This document shows, in pieces, positions 1 through 8,071 of a DNA stretch of 51,578 nt. This DNA comes from Candidatus Micrarchaeota archaeon. Lineage in GTDB: Archaea; Micrarchaeota; Micrarchaeia; Norongarragalinales; Norongarragalinaceae. Location of the stretch: positions 1-51,578 of the forward strand of contig JAZDNL010000080.1 of NCBI GenBank assembly GCA_043799765.1. Reading direction: 5' to 3'. How positions within the stretch are numbered: the first letter of the stretch is position 1; every line of letters starts with the position of its first letter. The notes under the pieces are model-generated. The model was not told where the DNA came from. It saw nothing but the letters and a program-made list of their open reading frames with translations, and searched no databases. The translations under genes and the position numbers were made by a program.

Positions 1-81
1 CGCGTACTGCTTGTTGAGCTCAAGGACGGTCCCGTCGCTTGTTATTTCTTCGACGAAAAAGGTGTCGGGCGTGAAATCCAC
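1..81 (-). CDS. 5' end of an ORF that runs off the window (GTG at 81, 4 nt after the aRF1 stop). The N-terminus VDFTPDTFFVEEITSDGTVLELNKQYA weakly recalls the PEDFxVxE start of TruD/Pus7-type pseudouridine synthases.
   Basis: Hand translation of the minus strand. Only 27 codons are visible, so the identity is tentative. Confidence 0.25.
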   Translation of the reverse strand, partial: MDFTPDTFFVEEITSDGTVLELNKQYA

Positions 82-85
82 TGAA

Positions 86-1285
86 TCACTTGTAGCGCAG
101 GAACGCGCCGACGCCGCGGAACGTGCCGCGGAACTGCGCGCCCTCGGCGGTTTCGGTCGAGATCATCTCAACGGGCACGCCCTGATCCTCGGCTATGCCT
201 ATCAGCTCGTTGCCGATGTCTATTTCGCTCTTGATTTTCCAGATTCCCCCGCATTCGCAGGGTTCTTCCTGCAGGGGGCCCTCCACCACGCGCTCCTTTG
301 TTTTTCCGCACCCCTCGCACGAGAATTTGACCCAATGGAGCTCCAGCCCCTCGGAAACAAGGAGGCGCTCCACTTGCCTGGCGAGCAGGGCGGCTTTTAT
401 CTCGTCGTACCCGTAAACCACCAGCCCGTTTTCCGAGATGGCCTTCATGAAGGAGTCGAGGAGTTTTTTCTCGACAATCGACTCCTGCTCCGAGATGATA
501 TCCCCGGATTTCTCGAGAATCTCGCGCAGGCCGAACTCGTCCGTATAGCCCGTATCCACCATGCCGAGAATCTTGAGCTGGTAGTTGAACGGTTTCGACT
601 TCAGGAAGTCCTCCTTCGCGGGACCCGGGCCGCCGACGATGACGCCCTTGAAGTTCTTCTCGGAAAGGAACGCGCCCATCGCCTCGCCGACGCGCTTGTA
701 ATAATACTCGACGCCCTCGACGTGCAGCCTGTCGTATCGGTTAGCCGATTGCCCTCCCTTCTGCACCTTCTGGTGGGCGGTGCTGTTCATCTTCTTGATT
801 ACCTTGATTTGCTTGCCTTTCAGCGTCGCCACGGTGGCTTCCTTCCCGTCCATCACGACGAGCCCGTAGCACCCCGTTTGCCCGAGCATCTCCTCCAGCG
901 GCTCTATGACGAATGTGGACTCGCAGCGGTAGAACCCGACCGTCAGCGGAATAGGCGGCACCACCGAGTAGATGCGCATGTCCACCTTCCCCTCTGTTTC
1001 CGAAATGTTTCCGCAGAAAATCGCGATGCCGGTCGAAGGCGCCTTGTGCACGCCCTTGATGAAGTGCATTATCTTTTCAAGAGCCGCCTGCACGTTCTTC
1101 TGCGTGCTCTTGCTCTTGATATTTCCGGCTTGTCCGAACTCCTCGCGCAGTTTCGACGCCATGTCCGCCACGGGATAGTCGGGCGGCATGTAGACGCTGA
1201 TGAGCTCGGTCCCCCTGCCGCGGAACTTCTTCAGGGCCTCTATCTGCTTCTTGAAGTCGTACATTTCCTTTGACTGTTCGCCCAT
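86..1285 (-). CDS. prf1: Peptide chain release factor aRF1
   Basis: NIKS motif (GNIKSKST), YxCxxxF (FYRCESTF), GGQ (KGGQSANRYDRL) and the typical TELISVYMPP N-domain. The C-domain has a CxxC...CxC zinc-ribbon insert. An alternative start is M8 at 1264. Confidence 0.95.
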   Translation of the reverse strand: MGEQSKEMYDFKKQIEALKKFRGRGTELISVYMPPDYPVADMASKLREEFGQAGNIKSKSTQKNVQAALEKIMHFIKGVHKAPSTGIAIFCGNISETEGKVDMRIYSVVPPIPLTVGFYRCESTFVIEPLEEMLGQTGCYGLVVMDGKEATVATLKGKQIKVIKKMNSTAHQKVQKGGQSANRYDRLHVEGVEYYYKRVGEAMGAFLSEKNFKGVIVGGPGPAKEDFLKSKPFNYQLKILGMVDTGYTDEFGLREILEKSGDIISEQESIVEKKLLDSFMKAISENGLVVYGYDEIKAALLARQVERLLVSEGLELHWVKFSCEGCGKTKERVVEGPLQEEPCECGGIWKIKSEIDIGNELIGIAEDQGVPVEMISTETAEGAQFRGTFRGVGAFLRYK

Positions 1286-1292
1286 TTCACAA

Positions 1293-2279
1293 TCAGCCCT
1301 TGAACATCGTCAAATCAAACACGAGGCTTAGCGATACGAGATACAGCAGTATGAGCGCGACGCCCTCGGAGCGCGTCAGCTGCTTCTTGTTGTACGTGAA
1401 GAAGAACACCAGCAGGAAGGATATCGCCATGAATCCGTAACCGACGAGCGCCTGGCCGAAGTCGAACGTTTTGTCGCCGACGTTGAACAGCGCGGCGATT
1501 CCGAGGACGAACGTCAGTTCCGTAATGAAGCTGCCGATGATGTCGCCCCATATCACCTCTTCCTCCTTCTGCTTCAGGGCGTTCAGGTTGAGCATGAGCT
1601 CCGGCACGGTGATGCCGAGAGCGACGACGCCGAAGCCGATTATCATCTCGGGCAATCCCAGCGCGATGCTGATGTCGACCGCCTGCGTTACGATGATATC
1701 CGCGGCGATGATGATGACGCCGAGCCACACTATCGCCTTCGCAATCGCCCGTTCCTTGCCGTGGCGGTAGAACGCCATCTTGGGCGCCGCGTCGCCGAGT
1801 TCGAGCTGGATTCCTCCAGTCTTCTTGTGGAAAGATTCCTGCTCCTTCACATTGTAGACGTACATCAGGTACACGACAAGCAGGATGATGCCCTCGAGGA
1901 ACGTCAGGCGGTTGTCTATCAGGAGGAAGAACGGAATCATCAGCACGAAGAAAATCCAGCCGACGTTCTCGAGTATGGTTTTCTCGCGCACCCTGAAATT
2001 GCCCTTGACGATTGTGATGATGCCGAGCACCAGGCAGAGGACGATGATGTTCGCGCCGATGATGGCGCCGATTGCCAGGGGAAGCTGCCCGCGGGCGGCG
2101 GCGTTCGCCGCCACGAACGTGTCGGGAAGGGACGTTCCCAGCCCGAGCAGTATGAACGCGACGAAAAACTTCGGCAGCTTCAGGTAGATGGAAAGCACGC
2201 TGAGCTCGCGGATGAGCTTCATATTTGCGTATCCGAGGGCGAGCAGTACAAGCAGCAGCGTGCTAAGCTGTGCGAACAT
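1293..2279 (-). CDS. CaCA-family Na+/Ca2+ (cation/Ca2+) exchanger
   Basis: Polytopic membrane protein with two alpha-repeat signatures (GLGTSLPDTFVA and LGITVPELMLNL ... GDIIGS). Confidence 0.8.
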   Translation of the reverse strand: MFAQLSTLLLVLLALGYANMKLIRELSVLSIYLKLPKFFVAFILLGLGTSLPDTFVAANAAARGQLPLAIGAIIGANIIVLCLVLGIITIVKGNFRVREKTILENVGWIFFVLMIPFFLLIDNRLTFLEGIILLVVYLMYVYNVKEQESFHKKTGGIQLELGDAAPKMAFYRHGKERAIAKAIVWLGVIIIAADIIVTQAVDISIALGLPEMIIGFGVVALGITVPELMLNLNALKQKEEEVIWGDIIGSFITELTFVLGIAALFNVGDKTFDFGQALVGYGFMAISFLLVFFFTYNKKQLTRSEGVALILLYLVSLSLVFDLTMFKG

Positions 2280-2280
2280 G

Positions 2281-2311
2281 CTTTAAATTATCCGCCATTT
2301 ACTTAAATAGG
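2281..2311. promoter_or_regulatory. Divergent promoter spacer with two TATA-like boxes (CTTTAAATTAT, ACTTAAATAGG)
   Basis: Each box lies about 25 nt from one of the flanking start codons (ATG 2279 on minus, TTG 2315/2321 on plus). Confidence 0.45.
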
Positions 2312-2320
2312 TGTTTGTTT

Positions 2321-4951
2321 TTGGCGTGGCATTCCTCGAACGCGCATGACGCCGTATCGAAATTGGCGTCCTCGCTTCACGGGCTTTCCCAGGCGGAGGC
2401 GGAGCGCAGGCTTGCGGAAAAAGGCGCGAACGAGCTTAAGGAGGCGCCCCGCGCCGGGCCGTTGCGCATGTTTCTCGGCCAGTTCGAGGACTTCATGATT
2501 CTCATCCTTATAGCTGCGGCTGTGGTTTCCGCGCTGCTCGGCGAATATCTGGACGCAGGCGCCATCATCGCCATAGTGGTTCTGAACGCGATACTCGGTT
2601 TCGTGCAGGAGTACCGCGCGGAGAAGGCGATCGCAGCGTTGAAAAAGATGAGCGCGCCGCAGGCGCGGGTGCTGCGCGACGGGCACGAACGGAAAATAGA
2701 GACGCGACTGCTCGTGCCAGGCGACATAGTCCTCCTGGCGGAGGGAGACCGCGCGCCCGCCGATTGCCGCATTATCGAGGCGGTTTCGCTAGAGACGGAC
2801 GAGGCAGCGCTCACCGGCGAATCGCTCCCCGTTCACAAGGCTTCGGAAGCGGTTTCGGAGAAGGCGCCGCTTGCGGAGCGCAGGTCGATGCTGTTCGCGG
2901 GAACCGTCGTAACGCGCGGCCGCGGCAAGGCGCTCGTCGTCGAAACTGGGATGCGCACCGAACTCGGCAAAATCGCGCAACTCGTGCAGGACACGCAGGA
3001 CGAGGACACGCCGCTCAAGAAGCGGCTGGAGAGAATGGGCAAGCAGCTCGGCATAATAGCGCTCGTAATATGCGCGCTGGTTTTCGTCGCGGGATTCCTG
3101 CGCGGCGAGGACGCGCTGGAGATGTTCCTCACCAGCGTTTCGCTTGCTGTTGCCGCCATACCCGAAGGCCTGCCCGCCGTTGTCACGATAACGCTCGCGG
3201 TCGGCGTGCAGCGCATGGTTTCGCGCAAGGCAATCATACGGAAACTTCCGGCAGTGGAGACGCTCGGCGCAGCTACGGTTATATGCTCGGACAAGACCGG
3301 CACGCTCACGCGCAACGAGATGACGGTGCGCGAGCTTTGGCTTCCCGATGCGGCGTACCACGTAACCGGCGCCGGCTACGCCCCTGCCGGCGACTTCCTC
3401 GCCGACGGGAAGAAGGCGGACGTGCTGAAGGACGGATCGGCGCGCCTGCTTATCGAAACCTCGGTGCTCTGCAACAACGCCTCTTTCGAGGAGGGCAAGG
3501 TGCTGGGCGACCCCACCGAGGGAAGCCTGCTCGTGCTCGCCGCGAAAGCCGGGCTCGGCGTAGAGAAGGCGCGCCGCGACAACGCGTTCGTTTCCGAAAT
3601 TCCGTTCGACTCGTCGCGCAAGATGATGACGGTCGTGCGCAGGGACGGGCGTGCCGCTACTGCATACACGAAGGGCGCGGCGGAGATAGTAGTCGAAAGG
3701 TGCGCGTACGTCCTCAGGGCAGGAAAGGATGTCCGCATCACTCCCGCATTGCGGCGCCAAATCCTCGAGGCGAACAAGTCGATGGCGTCCAAGGCGCTTC
3801 GTGTTTTGGCGTTCGCCGTTAAAGCTGGAACAAAGGACGCAGAAACGGGCATGACCTTCGTCGGCTTGTGCGGGATGAACGACCCGCCGCGTTCCGAGGC
3901 AAAGGAAGCGGTTTCGCTTTGCAAGACGGCGGGCATACGCGTGATGATGATTACCGGCGACAACGCCGAAACCGCGAAGGCGGTGGCGCGCGAACTCGGC
4001 ATAGCGTCGGAGGGCGTGCTCACTGGCCCCGACATCGACTCCCTCTCGGATTACGAGTTCGGCAAGGCCGTCGCGACCGTGTCGGTGTTCGCCCGCGTCT
4101 CGCCGGAGCACAAGCTGCGCATCGTCGACGCGCTGAAGAAGCGCGGCGAAATCGTCGCGATGACGGGTGACGGCGTGAACGATGCGCCTGCGCTGAAGAA
4201 GGCGGACATCGGCGTCGGCATGGGCATCACCGGCACGGACGTCTCGAAGGAAGCCAGCGACATGATAGTCACTGATGATAATTTCGCTTCGATAGTGTCC
4301 GCAGTCGAGGAGGGACGCATCATATTCGACAACATACTCAAGACGGTGCGCTACCTCATCTCGTGCAACGTCGGCGAGATTCTCACGATATTCATCGCGG
4401 TAATCGTCGGCCTGAAGACGCCGCTCCTGCCCATCCAGATCCTGTGGATGAACCTCGTCACCGACAGCCTTCCCGCGCTCGCGCTCGGCATGGATCCCAA
4501 GGATCCCGACGTGATGCGCCGAAAGCCGCGCGACCCGTCGGAAAGCATCCTCAACAAGCGCACGCTGATTTCCGCGCTTTCCATGGGAATACTGATGGCC
4601 GCGGGCGTGCTAGGCGTCTATCTCTACGTGATGCCCGAAGGCGTGGAGAAGGCGCGCACGATGGCGTTCACCACTATAATATTCTTCCAGTTCTTCTACG
4701 CGTTCTCGGTGCGCAGCGACAGGCATTCCATACTGCACATCGGCGCGCTGTCCAACAAACTGCTCGTAGGCGCGATAGCGTTCGCGGCGCTCCTGCAGTT
4801 GGCAATAATCTATCTGCCCGCCGCCCAGCCGATATTCAAGACGTCGCCTCTCGTTGTGCAGGACTTCCTGCTCGCGATCGCGGTTTCGTCGACGGCGCTC
4901 ATTCTTCCGGAAATACACAAGTTCATGAAGCGGCGCGGGGTGGTTGCATGA
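2321..4951 (+). CDS. P-type Ca2+-transporting ATPase (P2A/SERCA-like)
   Basis: CSDKTGTLT phosphorylation motif, TGES, TGDNAETA, TGDGVNDAPALKKADIG and 10-TM topology. The track start at 2270 overlaps the divergent gene. In-frame TTG at 2315/2321 precedes the conserved WHS...GLS..EA..RL N-terminus. Confidence 0.92.
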   Translation: MAWHSSNAHDAVSKLASSLHGLSQAEAERRLAEKGANELKEAPRAGPLRMFLGQFEDFMILILIAAAVVSALLGEYLDAGAIIAIVVLNAILGFVQEYRAEKAIAALKKMSAPQARVLRDGHERKIETRLLVPGDIVLLAEGDRAPADCRIIEAVSLETDEAALTGESLPVHKASEAVSEKAPLAERRSMLFAGTVVTRGRGKALVVETGMRTELGKIAQLVQDTQDEDTPLKKRLERMGKQLGIIALVICALVFVAGFLRGEDALEMFLTSVSLAVAAIPEGLPAVVTITLAVGVQRMVSRKAIIRKLPAVETLGAATVICSDKTGTLTRNEMTVRELWLPDAAYHVTGAGYAPAGDFLADGKKADVLKDGSARLLIETSVLCNNASFEEGKVLGDPTEGSLLVLAAKAGLGVEKARRDNAFVSEIPFDSSRKMMTVVRRDGRAATAYTKGAAEIVVERCAYVLRAGKDVRITPALRRQILEANKSMASKALRVLAFAVKAGTKDAETGMTFVGLCGMNDPPRSEAKEAVSLCKTAGIRVMMITGDNAETAKAVARELGIASEGVLTGPDIDSLSDYEFGKAVATVSVFARVSPEHKLRIVDALKKRGEIVAMTGDGVNDAPALKKADIGVGMGITGTDVSKEASDMIVTDDNFASIVSAVEEGRIIFDNILKTVRYLISCNVGEILTIFIAVIVGLKTPLLPIQILWMNLVTDSLPALALGMDPKDPDVMRRKPRDPSESILNKRTLISALSMGILMAAGVLGVYLYVMPEGVEKARTMAFTTIIFFQFFYAFSVRSDRHSILHIGALSNKLLVGAIAFAALLQLAIIYLPAAQPIFKTSPLVVQDFLLAIAVSSTALILPEIHKFMKRRGVVA

Positions 4952-5376
4952 AGAAGGTTCGCGACGTGATGCGCAAGGGGTTCATTTCCATAGACAGCGG
5001 TGCTTCCGTGAAGGAGGCGTGCGCGAGGATGGCGGAACAGTGCAAGCCCGTGCTGCTCGTTCTCGACGGAGGCAAGCTTGCGGGGATACTCACGGACGGC
5101 GACATGCTGCGCGCGTTCTACCTCAAGGTTTCCACCTTTGCGCGCGGCGACGACGAGTTCTATAAGATGAAGGAAAAGGTGCAGGCGCTGGCGGACACGA
5201 AGGTTTCCGACATCATGACGCTTCGGCCCAAGACGCTGTCCGAAGACGACGACGTTTCGAAGGCGGCGGCGCTCCTGAGGCGGTACAATCTCAAGCGCAT
5301 TCCCGTGATCGACGCCTCGGGCAAGCCCTTGGGCACGGTGGAGCGTCTGGACGTAGTGATGAGCGTCCTGGAATAA
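4948..5376 (+). CDS. CBS-domain pair protein (142 aa)
   Basis: Two CBS repeats (VRDVM...LTDGDMLR; VSDIMT...IPVID). The ATG overlaps the ATPase stop (ATGA at 4948-4951). Confidence 0.85.
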   Translation: MKKVRDVMRKGFISIDSGASVKEACARMAEQCKPVLLVLDGGKLAGILTDGDMLRAFYLKVSTFARGDDEFYKMKEKVQALADTKVSDIMTLRPKTLSEDDDVSKAAALLRRYNLKRIPVIDASGKPLGTVERLDVVMSVLE

Positions 5377-5405
5377 TGAGCCGCTTCTCCGCCGATTCCC
5401 CTCCC

Positions 5406-7745
5406 CTATGCGCTGCGTGCTTTCTTCAGCAGCGCTTTCATCTCGGCGCTCGCCACGATGCGCCTCGTGACGTCGATTACGTCGGGGTTCACGGAGATGC
5501 TGTCGATTCCGAACTCGACCAGCGCCTCGGCGAACTCGGGATAAACGGAGGGCGCCTGCCCGCAGATGCCGACGCGCACGCCGTGCTTGTGGCAGCCGTC
5601 TATCACCGCCTTGACGCTCTTCAGCACCGAGGGGTCGCGCTCGTCGAAGTCCTCCGCCACTATAGTGGAATCCCTGTCGACTCCGAGCGTGAGCTGCGTC
5701 AAATCATTGCTCCCTATGCTCATGAAGTCAATTCCGATTTCGCAGAACTCCTCCGCCAGAACCACGGTGGAAGGAACCTCGCACATGATTCCGAACTTGA
5801 AGTCGTAGTTGCGCACCAGCCCCTCTTCCTCCGTTATGCGCTTGCATACCCTGAGCTCGTGCAGCGTGCGCACGAACGGGATCATCAGCCAAAGGTTCTT
5901 CATCCCGAACTCCTCGCGCACCTTCTTGATGGCGTGCAGTTCCATGCGGAACACGTCGGGGTCCTTGACGTATCTGAAGCAGCCGCGGTACCCTATCATC
6001 GGGTTCTCTTCCTGCGGTTCGAACTCCGCGCCGCCTTCGAGGTTTCGGTACTCGTTCGTCTTGAAGTCCGTTGCCCTGTATATTACGGGTCTCGGGTAGA
6101 ACGCCGAGCAAACCGTGCGCAATCCGTTCGCGAGCGCGTCGACGAACTCCTGCTCGCGGTGTTCCGCCACGAGCTTCTTCGGGTGCACGCCAAGCCCCGC
6201 GATCATGAACTCCGCTCTGAGCAGCCCGACGCCGTCGCAGTCCTTTGCGCCGACTTCCTCGGCTTTTTCCGTCTCCGCGATGTTCACGTAAATCTTAGTG
6301 CCTGTTATGACGTGGCTTGGCGCAGCCGCCATTACGACGGTAGCCGCCTGTCCTTCCACATGCGCGGGTTTCGCCGCGCCTTCTATCGACACCTCGCCGT
6401 CGTAGACGATTCCGCGCTTCGCGTCAACCGTGATAACCTGCCCGTCCTTCAGCTTCGCCGTCGCATCCTTGGTGCCGACGATGCACGGCACGCCCAGCTC
6501 GCGCGAAACAATCGCAGCATGGCACGTCATCCCGCCCGCATCCGTGACAATCGCGGCGGCGCGCTTCATGGCGGGAACGTAATCCGGGGAGGTCATCTTG
6601 GCGACCAGGACGTCGCCCTTGAGCACGCGGTCGATTTCGGACGCATCCCTGACTATCTTCACGGGACCCGAGGCTACGCCTGGGGACGAGCCCATCCCGC
6701 GAAGCAGCACGGTTCCGTCCCCCGCGGCAATGGGCGTGGCTGCCTGCACAGCCGCTTCAGCCTTCTTCTTCTTTCCGAGAGTGGTGATCGCGCGCGACTG
6801 CACTATGTAGCGTTTTCCTTTCTCGATGGCCCATTCGATGTCCTGGGGGAAGGCGTAATGCTCGTCGATTCTCCTTCCGAACTCCGCGAGCGCCACGATG
6901 TCGTCGTCCGTGATTTTCTGCGCCTCGCGCATCTCCTCGGGCACGTCGACGGTTTCGTCCCCGCCCTGGGGCGCGCGAATGATCATGATGTCCTGCTTCG
7001 CGATGTTCTTCTCGCGTATGGCGAGCGATTCCCTGTCCACTATGTACCTGTCTGGCGTCACCGTTCCCGAAACAATCGCCTCTCCCAGCCCGAAGCCCGC
7101 CTCGATGACGATGGCGCTCCTGTCCTCGGTCATCGGGTCTGCCGTGAACATTATGCCGCTCTTCTCGCTGTCCACCATCTTCTGCACGATGGCGCACAAA
7201 CCGACGCGCATGTGGTCGAACCCGTTCTCCACGCGGTAATAAATCGCGCGTGCCTCGAAAAGCGAAGCCCAGCAGTCCTTCACCGCCTTCACGACGCCGT
7301 CCGCGCCGGAAACGTTGAGAAAGGTCGCCTGCTGCCCCGCGAACGACGCCTCGGGCAGGTCCTCGGCTGTTGCCGAAGAGCGCACCGCGACCATTATTTC
7401 CTCGTTCATCGAGGGTATCAAATCCGTCCCGCACAGCCTGTTGTAGGCGCGCACGATTTCCGAGCGCGTCTCCTTCGGCATCTGCGACTCGACCATCGCC
7501 TTCTTGATGCGCACGCTCGCCTTCTGGAGCTTCAGCGTGTCCTGCACGTCTATGGACGTTTCGCTTCGGATGAGCGGCTCCAAGCCCGCGGCCTTTATGA
7601 ATTCGAAGTATGCGCCCGAACTGACAACGAACGCAGGCGGCACGGGGAAACCCGCCTTCGCCATCTCGCCGAGGTTCGCGGCCTTTCCGCCCGCAATGGC
7701 GAGGCTGTTCCTGTCTATCTCGTCGAGCCAGTAAACCGCTTTCAT
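5406..7745 (-). CDS. ppsA: Phosphoenolpyruvate synthase (pyruvate, water dikinase)
   Basis: N-terminal ATP-grasp (GGKAANLGEM), swivel His domain (GGMTCHAAIVSRELGVPCIVGT) and a C-terminal PEP/pyruvate TIM barrel (SIGSNDLTQ). Start taken at MKAVYWLDEI (7745), about 33 nt from a TATA. Confidence 0.93.
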   Translation of the reverse strand: MKAVYWLDEIDRNSLAIAGGKAANLGEMAKAGFPVPPAFVVSSGAYFEFIKAAGLEPLIRSETSIDVQDTLKLQKASVRIKKAMVESQMPKETRSEIVRAYNRLCGTDLIPSMNEEIMVAVRSSATAEDLPEASFAGQQATFLNVSGADGVVKAVKDCWASLFEARAIYYRVENGFDHMRVGLCAIVQKMVDSEKSGIMFTADPMTEDRSAIVIEAGFGLGEAIVSGTVTPDRYIVDRESLAIREKNIAKQDIMIIRAPQGGDETVDVPEEMREAQKITDDDIVALAEFGRRIDEHYAFPQDIEWAIEKGKRYIVQSRAITTLGKKKKAEAAVQAATPIAAGDGTVLLRGMGSSPGVASGPVKIVRDASEIDRVLKGDVLVAKMTSPDYVPAMKRAAAIVTDAGGMTCHAAIVSRELGVPCIVGTKDATAKLKDGQVITVDAKRGIVYDGEVSIEGAAKPAHVEGQAATVVMAAAPSHVITGTKIYVNIAETEKAEEVGAKDCDGVGLLRAEFMIAGLGVHPKKLVAEHREQEFVDALANGLRTVCSAFYPRPVIYRATDFKTNEYRNLEGGAEFEPQEENPMIGYRGCFRYVKDPDVFRMELHAIKKVREEFGMKNLWLMIPFVRTLHELRVCKRITEEEGLVRNYDFKFGIMCEVPSTVVLAEEFCEIGIDFMSIGSNDLTQLTLGVDRDSTIVAEDFDERDPSVLKSVKAVIDGCHKHGVRVGICGQAPSVYPEFAEALVEFGIDSISVNPDVIDVTRRIVASAEMKALLKKARSA

Positions 7746-7772
7746 AATCGCACCTGCACCTAGAACCCAACG

Positions 7773-7784
7773 CTTTTTAATAAT
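7773..7784. promoter_or_regulatory. Shared TATA box (CTTTTTAATAAT) between ppsA and the 7804/7848 unit
   Basis: Centre is about 26 nt upstream of ATG 7804 (plus) and about 33 nt upstream of ATG 7745 (minus). Confidence 0.45.
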
Positions 7785-7805
7785 CCTTGCGTGCGCCTTC
7801 TGCAT

Positions 7806-7827
7806 GACGCATTCCGCTGAATGCGTC
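7806..7827 (+). repeat. Hairpin element copy 1 (GACGCATTC-CGCT-GAATGCGTC), preceded by CAT so the unit begins ATGACGCAT
   Basis: 9-bp perfect stem. Related copies are at 12574-12595 and 31757-31777. Confidence 0.7.
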
Positions 7828-7847
7828 GTCCAAGGCGGAGAGGGTGA

Positions 7848-8036
7848 GTGAGTATGGAGTTCAGCAAAACAGCCGTTGTAAGCCTGCTGATAGGAATCGT
7901 CGTCCTGCTCGCGTCGTGGTACGCATGGTTCGCCCAGTTGGACACGTACATGATGATCACCACCGCGCTCGTCGGCGGGGTGCTCTGGTTCGGAATCGCG
8001 CTCGTCGTTCTCGGGCTGCTCATGATTTTCGCGTGA
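7848..8036 (+). CDS. Small two-TM membrane protein (62 aa; GTG 7848 or ATG 7854)
   Basis: Two hydrophobic helices, preceded by GGAGAGGGTGA. A 15-codon upstream ORF (7804-7851) ends across its start. Confidence 0.5.
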   Translation: MSMEFSKTAVVSLLIGIVVLLASWYAWFAQLDTYMMITTALVGGVLWFGIALVVLGLLMIFA

Positions 8037-8071
8037 GCCTATTTTAAACGCGCCCGCCCTAATTATCCGCT

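Noticed and set aside
86-300. Zinc-ribbon insertion (CEGCG...CECGG) in the aRF1 C-domain as something unusual
   Set aside because: The C-domain of eRF1/aRF1 carries a variable mini-domain. A small Cys4 knuckle there is most simply a lineage variant and does not affect the NIKS, YxCxxxF or GGQ motifs.
11-1273. 420-aa plus-strand ORF antisense to aRF1. Similar long antisense ORFs occur at 5376-7763, 24135-25118, 29624-31231, 34273-35712, 36533-37594, 38735-39622, 42932-43786 and 45985-46683.
   Set aside because: Each lies opposite a gene with clear family motifs. Their translations are dominated by R, A, G, H, L and P with no recognisable motifs. This is the expected stop-codon-poor antisense frame of a high-GC genome.
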